64,000 nt of DNA from an uncultured Bacteroidaceae bacterium (GTDB taxonomy: Bacteria; Bacteroidota; Bacteroidia; Bacteroidales; SM23-62). Below are positions 45,002 to 54,940 of the stretch, piece by piece; positions within the stretch are counted from its first letter, which is position 1, and each line of letters starts with the position of its first letter. A program made the position numbers and the translations under genes. The stretch is taken from positions 5,370 through 69,369 of the forward strand of contig CAYOPZ010000005.1 in the NCBI GenBank assembly GCA_964406005.1, given 5' to 3'. The notes below the pieces were generated by a model. It ran no database searches, was not told where the DNA came from, and worked only from the letters and a program-made list of their open reading frames with translations.

Positions 45002-45769
45002 ATGAAGCAGTATCTGTATTTATCGGCGACCCCCGAATCACTGGTAGCTTCGCATCTGCCCCCGGTTGAATTCGGGAATTACCTGGCCGTAGGGACACGC
45101 AAAAGGGCACGGGGACAGGCCATTTTCTTTGAGCTGGACATGGAAAAGATTGAAAACCTTCCCGTGGAATACATGAATGAAAGGCTGGTCCCCTATGAAG
45201 ACGGGGAACCCAAACGATCCCTTTTCCTTTCCATTTACAGGGTCCTTGAGAATGTTCCGCTGGATGCCCTGAAAAACCTCTTCCTGGTCACGGATGACGG
45301 GAAGGTTCTCGAACTCCCTCCCGCCGCCTATAAACCTTCCGAAGCGGATATTGTTCACCTCTACCAGCAGTTCAACCCGATTCCCACACGGGTTGCAAGC
45401 AAGCTGTCACCACCGGAATTCATTAAATTCCTCACCGATACCAGCAAACCGGTTTCGGCCCCGAAGATCTTTCTTGCGGAGCTGAAGCTGAACAAACTCT
45501 CAAAAGACTCCTATGCTCCCATACATGACCTCCCCTATCCAAACCCGGACCACCTGAGGGAATGTCTCGACAGGCTGACCTCTTCGAAAGAGCGCCTGAC
45601 CAAAACCGTGATAAGACAGTTCAAAAGGGACCTGTCCTACCGCACCGTAAAAGACGGGTTTTTCATAGGTGCCGGAGATGATTTCATGTTCTACCGGTTC
45701 CCATCCATAGAGGAGCTGGAGGGCCGGTACTATTACTGGTGGAGGTCAGCCCTGGTGCAGTGTTTCTGA
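45002..45769 (+). CDS. Conserved-looking hypothetical protein
   Basis: 255-aa ORF with normal composition and no recognised motif (starts MKQYLYLSATPESLVASHLPPVEFGNYLAVGT). Confidence 0.55.
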   Translation: MKQYLYLSATPESLVASHLPPVEFGNYLAVGTRKRARGQAIFFELDMEKIENLPVEYMNERLVPYEDGEPKRSLFLSIYRVLENVPLDALKNLFLVTDDGKVLELPPAAYKPSEADIVHLYQQFNPIPTRVASKLSPPEFIKFLTDTSKPVSAPKIFLAELKLNKLSKDSYAPIHDLPYPNPDHLRECLDRLTSSKERLTKTVIRQFKRDLSYRTVKDGFFIGAGDDFMFYRFPSIEELEGRYYYWWRSALVQCF

Positions 45770-45793
45770 CCGGGATGATCCCGGAAAAACATT

Positions 45794-48181
45794 TCAGGGT
45801 TCCATTTTGTTGATTTGCTCAACGGGGCTCAGGGCCCTGTTAACCTTTTTCACGACAAGCTGCCTGGGCAATTCGAAATCTGCCGTCAGCCGGATCTGTT
45901 GTGAAGAAGACCCGGCATGAACGGTATAGGTCCCGGGGTCAGCCACCCAGGCCGATGTTTCCGTATCAAAAGACGCCAGGCTTCTCGGGTTCAGCATGAG
46001 CGTAAGCGTTTCTGATTCCCCGGGCTGAAGGAGTTTTGTTTTCGCAAAAGCCTTGAGTTCCTTTTCGGGTTTATTCAGCTTTCCCGGAGGCGCCGAAAGG
46101 TATAGCTGGACAACCTCCCTGCCCGCTGCACTTCCCGTATTGGTAACCGTTACACTTACGGTCAGCTCATCCCTGAACCTTTCCGGACTTAGGTTCAGGT
46201 CGCTGAATTCGAATGTGGTATACGACAGTCCGTAACCGAATTCATAGGATGTTTCCACGTCAAATGCATCATAATAGCGGTACCCCACATATATATCCTC
46301 TTCGTAATTCACATAGGCCACCTCGGGTTCCGTATCGGACAACAAGGATTCCACGGGTACTCCCTCCGGCATGACTATCGTGCCCGGGAAATTCCCGGCC
46401 GAAGGAACATCTTCATAGGAAACGGGGAAAGACATGGGAAGCTTTCCCGAGGGATTCACCCTGCCGCTCAGAATATCTGCAATGGAGTTGCCTGTTTCCT
46501 GTCCTCCCTGCCATGCAAGCAGGATGGCGTCGGGATCGTTTTTCCAGCTTGCCGTTTCCACAACACCTCCCACATTAAGTATTACAACGGCCTTCTTTCC
46601 GGCTGCCCGGAACGCCTGCGAAACGTTCCTTATCAGGGCCTGCTCGGCAGCTGTCAGGTTAAAGTCCCCCTCGACCTTGCGGTCCACTCCCTCTCCTGTG
46701 TTCCTGCCTATGGTTATCAGCGCAATATCGGATTCTCCGGCCATTTCTTCAATGACTTCCGGATCAAGGTCCATTTCAGGTACGGGAATGATTCTGAACA
46801 GGGCATCCATCCCCGTAAGCTGCGGCTGTCCGGCCTTCACCCGCTCTATATATCCGGCGTAAACCTCTTCCAGCGACCGGTTGACGGAATAACCCGCATT
46901 TTCCAGTCCCTCCACAAGGGATACACTGTAGGCTTCGTTCACATCCCCGGAGCCGGCTCCCCCTGTAATGATATCGAAGGATGTCTGGCCGAATACGGCG
47001 ATGCTTGTCACATCACCGGCAAACGGGAGAACTCCCCCGTTTTTCAGCAGTACCATGCCGCCGGTGGCGGCCTGCCTGGTTACCAGGGCATTGGCTTCCA
47101 GATCGGGTTTGTCGGAATACGCATAACCCTGGTACCTGGGTGTTTTTTCAATGATCCCGAGTATGTTTCTGATGTTGCGGTCGAGAACGGCTTCATCCAG
47201 CTCCCCGTTCCGGACAGCCTCCAGGATGGAATCTGTCTGCCATTCACTGCCGGGCATCAGGAGATCGTTTCCTGCAATCATCTGTGCAACGGGATCGCAA
47301 CCCCCGGTCCAGTCGGTCATGACAAAACCTTCGAATCCCCAGTCGTCGCGCAGGATTATTGTAAGCAGGTCCTCACTTTGGGAGGCATAGGTTCCGTTTA
47401 TTTTATTGTATGACGACATCACGGTCCACGGCCGGGCCTCCTGGACTGCAATCCTGAATCCCTCCAGGTAAATTTCGCGAAGGGCCCTTTCACTGACCCT
47501 TGTGTCGATCATGTTCCTTTGGGTTTCCTGGTTATTGGCGGCAAAATGCTTGATGGATGTTCCGACACCGTTCGATTCTATCCCGTTTACCATGGCGGCG
47601 GCAATTTTCCCTGTCAGGTACGGGTCTTCAGAGTAATACTCGAAGTTTCTTCCGCACAGGGGATTTCTGTGAATATTGAGGCCCGGGCCGAGCAGTATGT
47701 TCACACCATATTCCCTGGCCTCGCTGCCCATGGCTTTTCCAACACTGCCGACAAGGCCTGTATCCCATGTCGAGGCAAGCAGCGTGCCTATCGGAAAGGC
47801 GGTGCAATAGTAAGTGTTCAGGCTGTCTCCCTGCCTGAGGGGCGTAATCCTCAAGCCGGCGGGCCCGTCGGCCAGGACGATTTTCGGAATGCCAAGCCTT
47901 TCGATGGCAATTGTGGTACCGGCAGCGCCGGGAACGAGATCCCCGGGGCTTCCCGTCAATGCGGCCATGGCTTCTTCCATGGCTTCGGGATCCCCGCTCT
48001 CCTGAGCGGCAAGCATCTCTTCAAGCCCGGGCATTCCGGCTCCCACAACGAATGCAGCCTTTTCTTCCAGTGTCAGTGAATCGGTCAGTCCTTCCAGGGA
48101 GGATTTTCCGTGCTGGTTTGCCTGGCAGGTAAAAAGCAATGGTATCGCCAGAACCAACACAATGCGATTGAGAGTTTTCAT
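45794..48181 (-). CDS. Glycoside hydrolase family 3 (beta-glucosidase/BglX-like) lipoprotein
   Basis: 795 aa with signal ...LLFTC. GH3 motifs include the nucleophile context GFVMTDW, KHFAANNQE, and a C-terminal Fn3-like region. Confidence 0.9.
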   Translation of the reverse strand: MKTLNRIVLVLAIPLLFTCQANQHGKSSLEGLTDSLTLEEKAAFVVGAGMPGLEEMLAAQESGDPEAMEEAMAALTGSPGDLVPGAAGTTIAIERLGIPKIVLADGPAGLRITPLRQGDSLNTYYCTAFPIGTLLASTWDTGLVGSVGKAMGSEAREYGVNILLGPGLNIHRNPLCGRNFEYYSEDPYLTGKIAAAMVNGIESNGVGTSIKHFAANNQETQRNMIDTRVSERALREIYLEGFRIAVQEARPWTVMSSYNKINGTYASQSEDLLTIILRDDWGFEGFVMTDWTGGCDPVAQMIAGNDLLMPGSEWQTDSILEAVRNGELDEAVLDRNIRNILGIIEKTPRYQGYAYSDKPDLEANALVTRQAATGGMVLLKNGGVLPFAGDVTSIAVFGQTSFDIITGGAGSGDVNEAYSVSLVEGLENAGYSVNRSLEEVYAGYIERVKAGQPQLTGMDALFRIIPVPEMDLDPEVIEEMAGESDIALITIGRNTGEGVDRKVEGDFNLTAAEQALIRNVSQAFRAAGKKAVVILNVGGVVETASWKNDPDAILLAWQGGQETGNSIADILSGRVNPSGKLPMSFPVSYEDVPSAGNFPGTIVMPEGVPVESLLSDTEPEVAYVNYEEDIYVGYRYYDAFDVETSYEFGYGLSYTTFEFSDLNLSPERFRDELTVSVTVTNTGSAAGREVVQLYLSAPPGKLNKPEKELKAFAKTKLLQPGESETLTLMLNPRSLASFDTETSAWVADPGTYTVHAGSSSQQIRLTADFELPRQLVVKKVNRALSPVEQINKMEP

Positions 48182-48233
48182 TTGGTAATTGGGGATTGGT
48201 CCTTAAAACCACACAATTTATAAAGAAATCCCG

Positions 48234-48280
48234 TAAAAATAAAAAAAATAGGGAAAGCTTCTGGCAAAAGGCTTTCCCCC
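48234..48280 (-). terminator. Rho-independent terminator after tonB
   Basis: On the - strand, GGGAAAGC (48278-48271) pairs with GCTTTCCC (48258-48251) around a 12-nt loop. It is followed by TATTTTTTTTATTTTT. Lies ~30 nt downstream of the tonB stop. Confidence 0.7.
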
Positions 48281-48311
48281 GGACATGTGATATTGAATGA
48301 CTTTGGCCTGC

Positions 48312-49094
48312 TTACTCTTCCTGCATCCTGAACTGGATCCGCACGATATACCAGACATTTACAGGCTTTCCGGCCTGCTTCCCGGGTCTCCATTTCGGCA
48401 GTGTATTAACGACCCTCAGTGCTTCTTCGTCAAGGGACGTGTCCACGCCCCTCAAAACCGTAGCCTGGTTAACATCCCCCTGGTAGGTAACACAAAACCT
48501 TACAATGACCGTTCCGGAGATCTCGTTCTCCAGGGCAATGACCGGGTATTCAATATTGCTGTAGATATAGTCATATAAAGCCTCTTCGCCACCCGGAAAC
48601 CTGGGCATTTCCTCAACGAGTACGAGAACGTCCTGCGGAGGCTCAAATTCTTCGACGACCTCCTCTTCCGGTTCTATAATCTCAACGACCTCCTCATCCT
48701 GAATGATATCCATTGCCTCGGTGGCCGTTAACAGGTCCACTTCCTCTTCAGGACTGATGGAATCGACCACTTCGGGAGCAACATATTTAAGCTGCTGGGT
48801 CGTTTCTGTCGGCGGCGGCGGGGGCGGAGCCTCCACATCCAGTTCTTCCGGCTGATCGAGTTCTTCCATGACTGCAATCACTTCCCTTTCTTCCCTTTGT
48901 TCAAACTGCTTCTGTGTTGTGGCCTTGAGAAAAGGATACAGGATCACAGCTGAAACGATGGCTATACCCGTAAGCATGGAAACCAGGAGTACACGGTTGT
49001 ACCTCTTGCGCAGGCGGTATGCTCCGTACAGTTTATTCCGGTTTTTAAAGACGATCTCGTCAAATTCCGGAGCGATTATCGTTTCCTTTGCCAT
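48312..49094 (-). CDS. tonB: TonB-family energy transducer
   Basis: 260 aa. N-terminal anchor, Pro/Glu-rich spacer (EAPPPPPPTE, EPEEEVVEEFEPPQD) and TonB C-terminal domain (MPRFPGGEEALYDYIYSNIEYP...GTVIVRFCV). Confidence 0.9.
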   Translation of the reverse strand: MAKETIIAPEFDEIVFKNRNKLYGAYRLRKRYNRVLLVSMLTGIAIVSAVILYPFLKATTQKQFEQREEREVIAVMEELDQPEELDVEAPPPPPPTETTQQLKYVAPEVVDSISPEEEVDLLTATEAMDIIQDEEVVEIIEPEEEVVEEFEPPQDVLVLVEEMPRFPGGEEALYDYIYSNIEYPVIALENEISGTVIVRFCVTYQGDVNQATVLRGVDTSLDEEALRVVNTLPKWRPGKQAGKPVNVWYIVRIQFRMQEE

Positions 49095-49137
49095 GATTTA
49101 TACTCTATAATTTATTTAGCAAAAATCATTCCAGTAA

Positions 49138-49803
49138 TTATGGATTTCTCGAAGCAGTCATGGCATCATCCTCACCCAGTGCCTTCTCCACCATATCCTC
49201 CTCAATCCAGCTTATATCGACGAATGTATAACGTGCTATTCCGACAATGGACATCTCATCTATAATATCAACGAGATTCCTGTATTTGGAAGTTTTATAG
49301 GCTTTGATAAGGACGATGGGGCCCGTATCGTCTTCCTTTTTGAGCTCTGCAATCGCACTTTCAACAGAATCACGCGGAAGCTCTATATTTCCTGTTAGAA
49401 CATCTTCCTGAAACTGGTTCACCTTTCTGAACAGCGCCCTGTTCCTGTCGAGCAGCACGCTGCGTATACCTTCGGCGCTGAAATCGGTTTCCTGAAGCGG
49501 AGGCGGATTATTGGGATTATCCACACTTCCCGGATACCAGAAAACCCTGTTGTCCGGTCCGAGTATAATATTCAGCGTACGGCTTTTGGCAATTTTCGGG
49601 GGAGCTACATTCTCATCCTTTTTGATCTTTTCAGGCAGAATGATCTGCATGATCTTGGGTTTGCTGAAAGCAGAGGCAAGCATGAAAAATGTGATGAGCA
49701 GACACATCAGGTCTACCATGGGCGTCATATCCACTTGAGCGGGAAGCTTCTTGGGCTTAGTCTTTTTCCCTTGCTGAGGTTGGGCTTCAACAATTTCTGC
49801 CAT
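49138..49803 (-). CDS. exbD: ExbD/TolR-family biopolymer transport protein
   Basis: I prefer the start at MAEIVEAQPQ (49803), 2 nt after the upstream stop. ExbD motif DMTPMVDLMCLLITFFML. Confidence 0.88.
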   Translation of the reverse strand: MAEIVEAQPQQGKKTKPKKLPAQVDMTPMVDLMCLLITFFMLASAFSKPKIMQIILPEKIKKDENVAPPKIAKSRTLNIILGPDNRVFWYPGSVDNPNNPPPLQETDFSAEGIRSVLLDRNRALFRKVNQFQEDVLTGNIELPRDSVESAIAELKKEDDTGPIVLIKAYKTSKYRNLVDIIDEMSIVGIARYTFVDISWIEEDMVEKALGEDDAMTASRNP

Positions 49804-49805
49804 GA

Positions 49806-50444
49806 CTATTCCTCCATTTCTTCTGCTGATACTTCGACAACCCTCAAACTTGTTATCAGGTTGAACCGGTTTACATTCCTGTCCTGAAATATGTCCAGCA
49901 CTTTCTTGACAAGGGGGTATTCCGTATCGGCATCCCCTTTGATGCATGCGTTGATGTTCGGATTTACCTGTCGTGCAACCAGTATCCAGGAGGACAACTG
50001 GTTATCTGTCGAATCGATGGGAATGCCGTTTTGCATTCTTTCCCTTTCGCTGTGGTTCTTCAATGCGAGATACTCTTTCATTCTCTGAATCGGAAGGCCG
50101 AATTCGGAATTGAGGTTACCGAACAGGGTTGTCTCCTCGTCCGTAAATTCAATCCCGTAACGCTTGCCCATTTCCTCCAGCATATGCTTCCTGTACTGCA
50201 GAATTGTATCGGGCCCGTTGTCGACGTTAAAGAATATCCGGTCGTCCTTTGACAGGACTACGGTCATCAGGTTGAAATTGGGGATTGTTTTTTCCGATAC
50301 CGAAAAAGGAACATCGACAGGAGCTGTTTCCGCCGGCCTGATCGTTGCCGTGAGAATGAAAAACGTCAAAATCACGGAAAACAGGTCTACCATAGGCGTC
50401 ATATCGATCCGCGGAGATTTCGGGGCTGTTTTTATCTTTGACAT
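49806..50444 (-). CDS. exbD: ExbD/TolR-family biopolymer transport protein
   Basis: 212 aa with motif IDMTPMVDLFSVILTFFIL. Confidence 0.88.
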   Translation of the reverse strand: MSKIKTAPKSPRIDMTPMVDLFSVILTFFILTATIRPAETAPVDVPFSVSEKTIPNFNLMTVVLSKDDRIFFNVDNGPDTILQYRKHMLEEMGKRYGIEFTDEETTLFGNLNSEFGLPIQRMKEYLALKNHSERERMQNGIPIDSTDNQLSSWILVARQVNPNINACIKGDADTEYPLVKKVLDIFQDRNVNRFNLITSLRVVEVSAEEMEE

Positions 50445-50490
50445 ATTATCAGATCAATTTAACTTAATTCTGATCCTTGACAAAACCAGG

Positions 50491-51312
50491 CTAATTCTCT
50501 TTCAGTGATGCGGCGAATGTCTCTACCAGGCTGAACCCGGCCTCATCTATCTTGTACGAATAGGAATCTATCCTGGCCTGAAAAAAGTTATACCCCAGGA
50601 TGGCCAGGCAGGACCCGAGGATACCGGTGGCCGTGTTGACCAGTGCTTCAGAAATACCCGTTGACAGTGCGAGAGAATCCGGCGCACCCGATTGCGCAAG
50701 GGCGGCGAAAGCCCGGATCATCCCCAGTACCGTACCGAACAGACCGATAAGTACCGACAGCGAGGACAGTGTGGAAAAAATTACCATGTTCCTCGACAGC
50801 ATGGGGATTTCAAGGGCGGTCGCCTCTTCGAGCGATTTTTCAATGGATTCGATCTTCTGGTCATTTGTAAGTGTTTTGTCCTTCTGCAAATCGCGGTATC
50901 GCGACAGGCCTGCATGGACGACATTCGCCAGCGATCCTTTCTGCTTGCTGCAGGCTGCAAGAGCATCCTCGATCTGATCTTCAGCCAGGAGGTTCTGCAG
51001 TCTGTATATAAAAGTATTCAACCTTTTTTTCCCTTTGGCCTTTGCGAGTGTAATGATCCGTTCAACGCCGAATATAAGAACAACCATAACACAGGTCATC
51101 AGTACCGGCACTACATAACCCCCTTTATAAATAATTCCGAGATAATTCCCCTGTATCGGATGTCCTTTGGGATTTCCTCCTTCGAAATTAATGGGGTTTC
51201 CCATAACGCTTATAAACAGATAAAGGGCAATTGCAAAAGCAATAATGATGGCACTAACTGAAAAGGCTGACTGCAGAAAGCCTTTCAGTGCATTTCCACT
51301 TTTTTCACGCAT
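50491..51312 (-). CDS. exbB: MotA/TolQ/ExbB proton-channel protein
   Basis: 273 aa with the C-terminal channel motif LIGLFGTVLGMIRAF...ISEALVNTATGI. Confidence 0.9.
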   Translation of the reverse strand: MREKSGNALKGFLQSAFSVSAIIIAFAIALYLFISVMGNPINFEGGNPKGHPIQGNYLGIIYKGGYVVPVLMTCVMVVLIFGVERIITLAKAKGKKRLNTFIYRLQNLLAEDQIEDALAACSKQKGSLANVVHAGLSRYRDLQKDKTLTNDQKIESIEKSLEEATALEIPMLSRNMVIFSTLSSLSVLIGLFGTVLGMIRAFAALAQSGAPDSLALSTGISEALVNTATGILGSCLAILGYNFFQARIDSYSYKIDEAGFSLVETFAASLKEN

Positions 51313-51368
51313 TTTTCAATGATTTGGTTTAGATAAAGAAATGATTTGCAATATTAATTCGTCAGGAT

Positions 51369-51376
51369 CAAATATA
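51369..51376 (-). promoter_or_regulatory. Bacteroidota-type -7 box TATATTTG upstream of exbB
   Basis: Exact TAnnTTTG match on the - strand, 57 nt upstream of the exbB ATG, in a 130-bp AT-rich spacer. Confidence 0.4.
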
Positions 51377-51442
51377 AAAATTTATAAATGTTTTTTTTTC
51401 TTATTTTTCACGCAAATTTAAAAGAAAATTAACAATCACCCG

Positions 51443-53563
51443 CTATTCCCGCTCGAGTACTTCATTGTAAATCCTTGATTCCGTGATGGGAATTTCTTTT
51501 GTCTGATAGCCTCTTGCTGAAATCAGCAGGGCTTCCGAGCTCATGGGTATTTCGAACTTGAACTCCCCCCTGGCATTTGTAACGGTTTCGGCTGCAGTGT
51601 CCTTGACACGTATGGAAGCCCCGTTGATCGGCTCGCCCGAAGTGGTCCTGATAACCCCCCTCAGCTCATTGGGATTGATATTTTCCCGGGTCCTTCTTCT
51701 GAAATTCATAACCTGCTGCCTGGAAGCCTTGGCCTGGTTGTTATCCGGTTCGAGCTCCAGCACCCTGTCATAGTACCCGATAGACCTGTCAAAATAAGGT
51801 ATTTTCTCATCCGGTTCCTTTGCGTTCTCGCTCCTCATGAACCATACGTTCGCCTTCCCGCTGTACCCGTCAGCCTGGAATTTCTTGTTATCCGGGTCAA
51901 TATGGATCATACGGTCATAATAATGTTCTGCCCTGGAGTATTCCTTATTTATAAGATAATAATATCCCAGATACCCGAAAGCTTCAACCATGGCGGGGGC
52001 ATTTGAAACCGAATCGGCCCTTGCTTTTTCGATCAGGGTCTCGAATTTGGGCCTGGCAAGATTCCTCTTGAAATCGGGATCCATCCTGGAATAGGTCCTG
52101 GCGATCATCAGGTAGTTCTGAATGTTATCGGGGTATTTCTTGCCTACGATTTTGAAAATAGAGTCTGCTTTCGAATAATCCTCTGCCATATAATACGCCC
52201 TTCCAACCTGGAGGTAATCACCAACATCATCCCGTCCGTACCGGATCATTTTTTCCCAGGTCATTGCAGCGCCTTCATACCTTTTATGGGTATAATAAGC
52301 ATTGGCGATCTCATTCATGAGTTTTGTATCCTCCGGGTCCATTGCAAGCGCGCTCTCATAAGCCTCGAATGCACGGTCGATCTCCGCTTCCGCACGGGCA
52401 ATGCTTCCGGGATCCGTGAGATTTTCATAGCCGGCGTTCTTTTTCAGCAGGATCTTTGCAAGGGTGGTATAGTCTCTCTGGATCAGATTCTCGGCCGGAA
52501 GATCCCGGAAAAGCGCATCCAGGTACTCCAGGGCCCTGTCAAGGTCGGAGTCTTCCTTATCGTAGCAGGAGTAGGCTGCGATCCGGTTCAGGTATGCCCT
52601 GGATTTGTCCACTTTGAAAATCTCTTCCACCGTACTGATCACTTCGTCATACTCCTTTGCATAGTACAAGGCATTCACGTACCGGATCTTGGCAGGGATG
52701 TTCCCTGCGGTAAGGTCGAGGTATTTCCTGAAATACTCCTTTGACTGGTCATACCGGCCGGCCAGGGAATACAACTGGCCGAGTTCCCTGTAGGCCGGCG
52801 CAAATGCAGCATCTATGCTGATGGCCTGTTCATAATAAGGGATCGCCGCCATCAGGCTGCGCGCCCTGACATAAATGCTGCCGATTTTCATATTGGCCGT
52901 AGGGGAAGTGGGATCATAGTCCTGTGCAAGGTTATAATACTTGACGGCGTTTGATCCGTCGTTGATTAAATTATATATATCACCGGCAATAAGATATATG
53001 TCGGGGTTTGTCCTGTCAATGCTCAGCGCCTCCCTGATGTAGGGCAGTGCTTTCGATGTATCGACCTTCCCTTCCCGGATATAGGACTCGGCGATTTTGG
53101 CAAGCGCAAAGGCATAATCCCCGGGGTTCTTGATCTTCTTTACTTTCTTGTATGCAGGAAGCTTGCCCCTGGCCTTCTGGCGCAGTTGCTCCGCTTTCCC
53201 GTCCTCACCGAGAAGGAAGGCCATTTTTGCCAGTCCTATGTAATTGAGAGACTCGGTGGAATCTGCCTCCACACCCATTTCATAAATCCCCCTTGCCCGG
53301 TTCACCTCGACGGTTATGGAATTGGAAATGGAATCGGCAAAATAATTCTGAATTGTGTTTTCCCCGTAGTAAAAGTATGTTTTCGGGTTGCCCGGCTCCG
53401 CCTGAATGAGAGCCCGGAATATTGAATCCGCGGCATCGAAACGTTCACTTTTCGTGAACTCTATGGCAGATTCAAGGTCCTGGGTAAATGCGCTGTTGCA
53501 TGACAGCATGCCCGCAATACCCGAAAGAAGAACGATCAAACCTCTGTTTATCCTTTTTTTCAT
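51443..53563 (-). CDS. TPR-repeat protein with C-terminal CarboxypepD_reg-like domain
   Basis: 706 aa with many TPR-like repeats (AIPYYEQAISIDAAFAPAYRELGQLY and others). The C-terminus is LRGVIRTTSGEPINGASIRVKDTAAETVTNARGEFKFEI. Confidence 0.8.
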   Translation of the reverse strand: MKKRINRGLIVLLSGIAGMLSCNSAFTQDLESAIEFTKSERFDAADSIFRALIQAEPGNPKTYFYYGENTIQNYFADSISNSITVEVNRARGIYEMGVEADSTESLNYIGLAKMAFLLGEDGKAEQLRQKARGKLPAYKKVKKIKNPGDYAFALAKIAESYIREGKVDTSKALPYIREALSIDRTNPDIYLIAGDIYNLINDGSNAVKYYNLAQDYDPTSPTANMKIGSIYVRARSLMAAIPYYEQAISIDAAFAPAYRELGQLYSLAGRYDQSKEYFRKYLDLTAGNIPAKIRYVNALYYAKEYDEVISTVEEIFKVDKSRAYLNRIAAYSCYDKEDSDLDRALEYLDALFRDLPAENLIQRDYTTLAKILLKKNAGYENLTDPGSIARAEAEIDRAFEAYESALAMDPEDTKLMNEIANAYYTHKRYEGAAMTWEKMIRYGRDDVGDYLQVGRAYYMAEDYSKADSIFKIVGKKYPDNIQNYLMIARTYSRMDPDFKRNLARPKFETLIEKARADSVSNAPAMVEAFGYLGYYYLINKEYSRAEHYYDRMIHIDPDNKKFQADGYSGKANVWFMRSENAKEPDEKIPYFDRSIGYYDRVLELEPDNNQAKASRQQVMNFRRRTRENINPNELRGVIRTTSGEPINGASIRVKDTAAETVTNARGEFKFEIPMSSEALLISARGYQTKEIPITESRIYNEVLERE

Positions 53564-53592
53564 TACGATAATTTATTGTAAATGTATAATAT

Positions 53593-54549
53593 TTATTGAT
53601 TTTCCAATTGTATCAGCCTGACCGGCATGGTTGCGGGAACAAGTCCCGACTTCAGGACAATCCTCTGACCCTTTTCCCCGGCCAGCCAGGATATAAATCC
53701 TGACCCCAGGCCCGTAAAGGTTTCCCGCGAATGTGCATAAACTTCCCTGGTGAAGGGATACGATTCATCGTATATCGAGCCCTGGTAAGGAAGGTAGTAC
53801 AAACTCTGGTCCAGAAAAGGCCCGGATATGGCAGCCACCTTGATCCTGTTTATGAAACTCATGCTGAGCGAATCCTCGGGGTCGCTGATCCAGTTCACAC
53901 TGACGATCCCCAGACCGTCCGGATTCCCTTCGATATAGTCTATGACTTCCTGATTGCTTTCAACCGCATAAAAATTATCCGGCAGATTCTCCGTGATCTC
54001 GAATTTCTCCTTGAAATACCTTATGTTGCCCGACCTTGTATGGTCGAAAACGACATTGATCCTGCCCAGTTCCGATGCCGGATCTATCTCTTTCCACCGG
54101 GTTATTTTGCCCTGGAATATATCCCTGACTACGTCGTACCTTAACAGCGAATCCATATTCTCCCTGTTGATGACAAGGGCCAGTGCATCATAGGCAAAAG
54201 CAGTCGTGCGAACAACGATAAGCTGGTCCCTGAGATCCTGGATCTGGTCGTCCCTCAGTTTATAACTGGATACTATCATCTGCACGGAATCATTCATGAA
54301 ATCCGATACGACATCGTACTCCGGCTTGTAATCAGCGGTAATTTTCGCGTAGGGATAATACGCAGTAAAGGTCTTGATCTCTGAATCCACCAGCAATTCA
54401 AAGGATTCGTCCACGCTGATGGTAATGTCCCCGCTTGTAGGCGTTTCATTGACCCCGGTTCCGCCGCCCCTGCATGAAATCATCACATACAGCAATCCCG
54501 CCGGGAAAAATATCCGGAAATGGAAGATCGTATGAAATAAGCGGTTCAT
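53593..54549 (-). CDS. PstS-like (PBP type 2) substrate-binding lipoprotein of the Bacteroidota TonB cluster
   Basis: 318 aa with lipoprotein signal ...VMISC. PBP-like segments are AYDALALVINREN, GKITRWKEI and GLGIVSVNW. Confidence 0.7.
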   Translation of the reverse strand: MNRLFHTIFHFRIFFPAGLLYVMISCRGGGTGVNETPTSGDITISVDESFELLVDSEIKTFTAYYPYAKITADYKPEYDVVSDFMNDSVQMIVSSYKLRDDQIQDLRDQLIVVRTTAFAYDALALVINRENMDSLLRYDVVRDIFQGKITRWKEIDPASELGRINVVFDHTRSGNIRYFKEKFEITENLPDNFYAVESNQEVIDYIEGNPDGLGIVSVNWISDPEDSLSMSFINRIKVAAISGPFLDQSLYYLPYQGSIYDESYPFTREVYAHSRETFTGLGSGFISWLAGEKGQRIVLKSGLVPATMPVRLIQLENQ

Positions 54550-54621
54550 AGACTTTGCAATTCGCTCCGGGGTTGTCCTCTGTATGAATTATTTAAAGGC
54601 AAAAATCATTCCAAATATACC

Positions 54622-54858
54622 CTAATTATCTTCGTCATCGTGCCCGGCAAAAAAAACTTCACGCACCTGCTCGTACGTCTGGAACCCCCTTGCCAGGCTG
54701 TAAACGCCCATTGCTGCACCGAAGATGACCCTGATCGTCATTTCAATGTGATCGAACAGGGGTGAAAATACGAATAAGAGTCCGATTCCCATAAAAAAGA
54801 ATACCATTATTGCCCCGAATATTACTTTGGCCCTCTGAATCAGATCATTCCCGCTCAT
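54622..54858 (-). CDS. Small 2-TM membrane protein
   Basis: 78 aa, hydrophobic, with a TATATTTG -7-like box 39 nt upstream. Confidence 0.5.
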   Translation of the reverse strand: MSGNDLIQRAKVIFGAIMVFFFMGIGLLFVFSPLFDHIEMTIRVIFGAAMGVYSLARGFQTYEQVREVFFAGHDDEDN

Positions 54859-54896
54859 AAATGCTTTCTTCTTTCAGGAAATCCGGAAAATTTTCA

Positions 54897-54904
54897 CAAA
54901 TATA
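54897..54904 (-). promoter_or_regulatory. Bacteroidota-type -7 box TATATTTG upstream of the small membrane protein gene
   Basis: Exact TAnnTTTG match on the - strand, 39 nt upstream of ATG 54858. Confidence 0.35.
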
Positions 54905-54940
54905 AAAAGTTCGTTTAAGAATATAATAAAATTGGAGGGT

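Noticed and set aside
48312-54549. TonB / ExbD / ExbD / ExbB / TPR / PstS-like cluster as a candidate novel system
   Set aside because: This gene set and order is the standard TonB energising cluster seen across Bacteroidota. There is nothing unusual beyond its clean terminator and -7 box.
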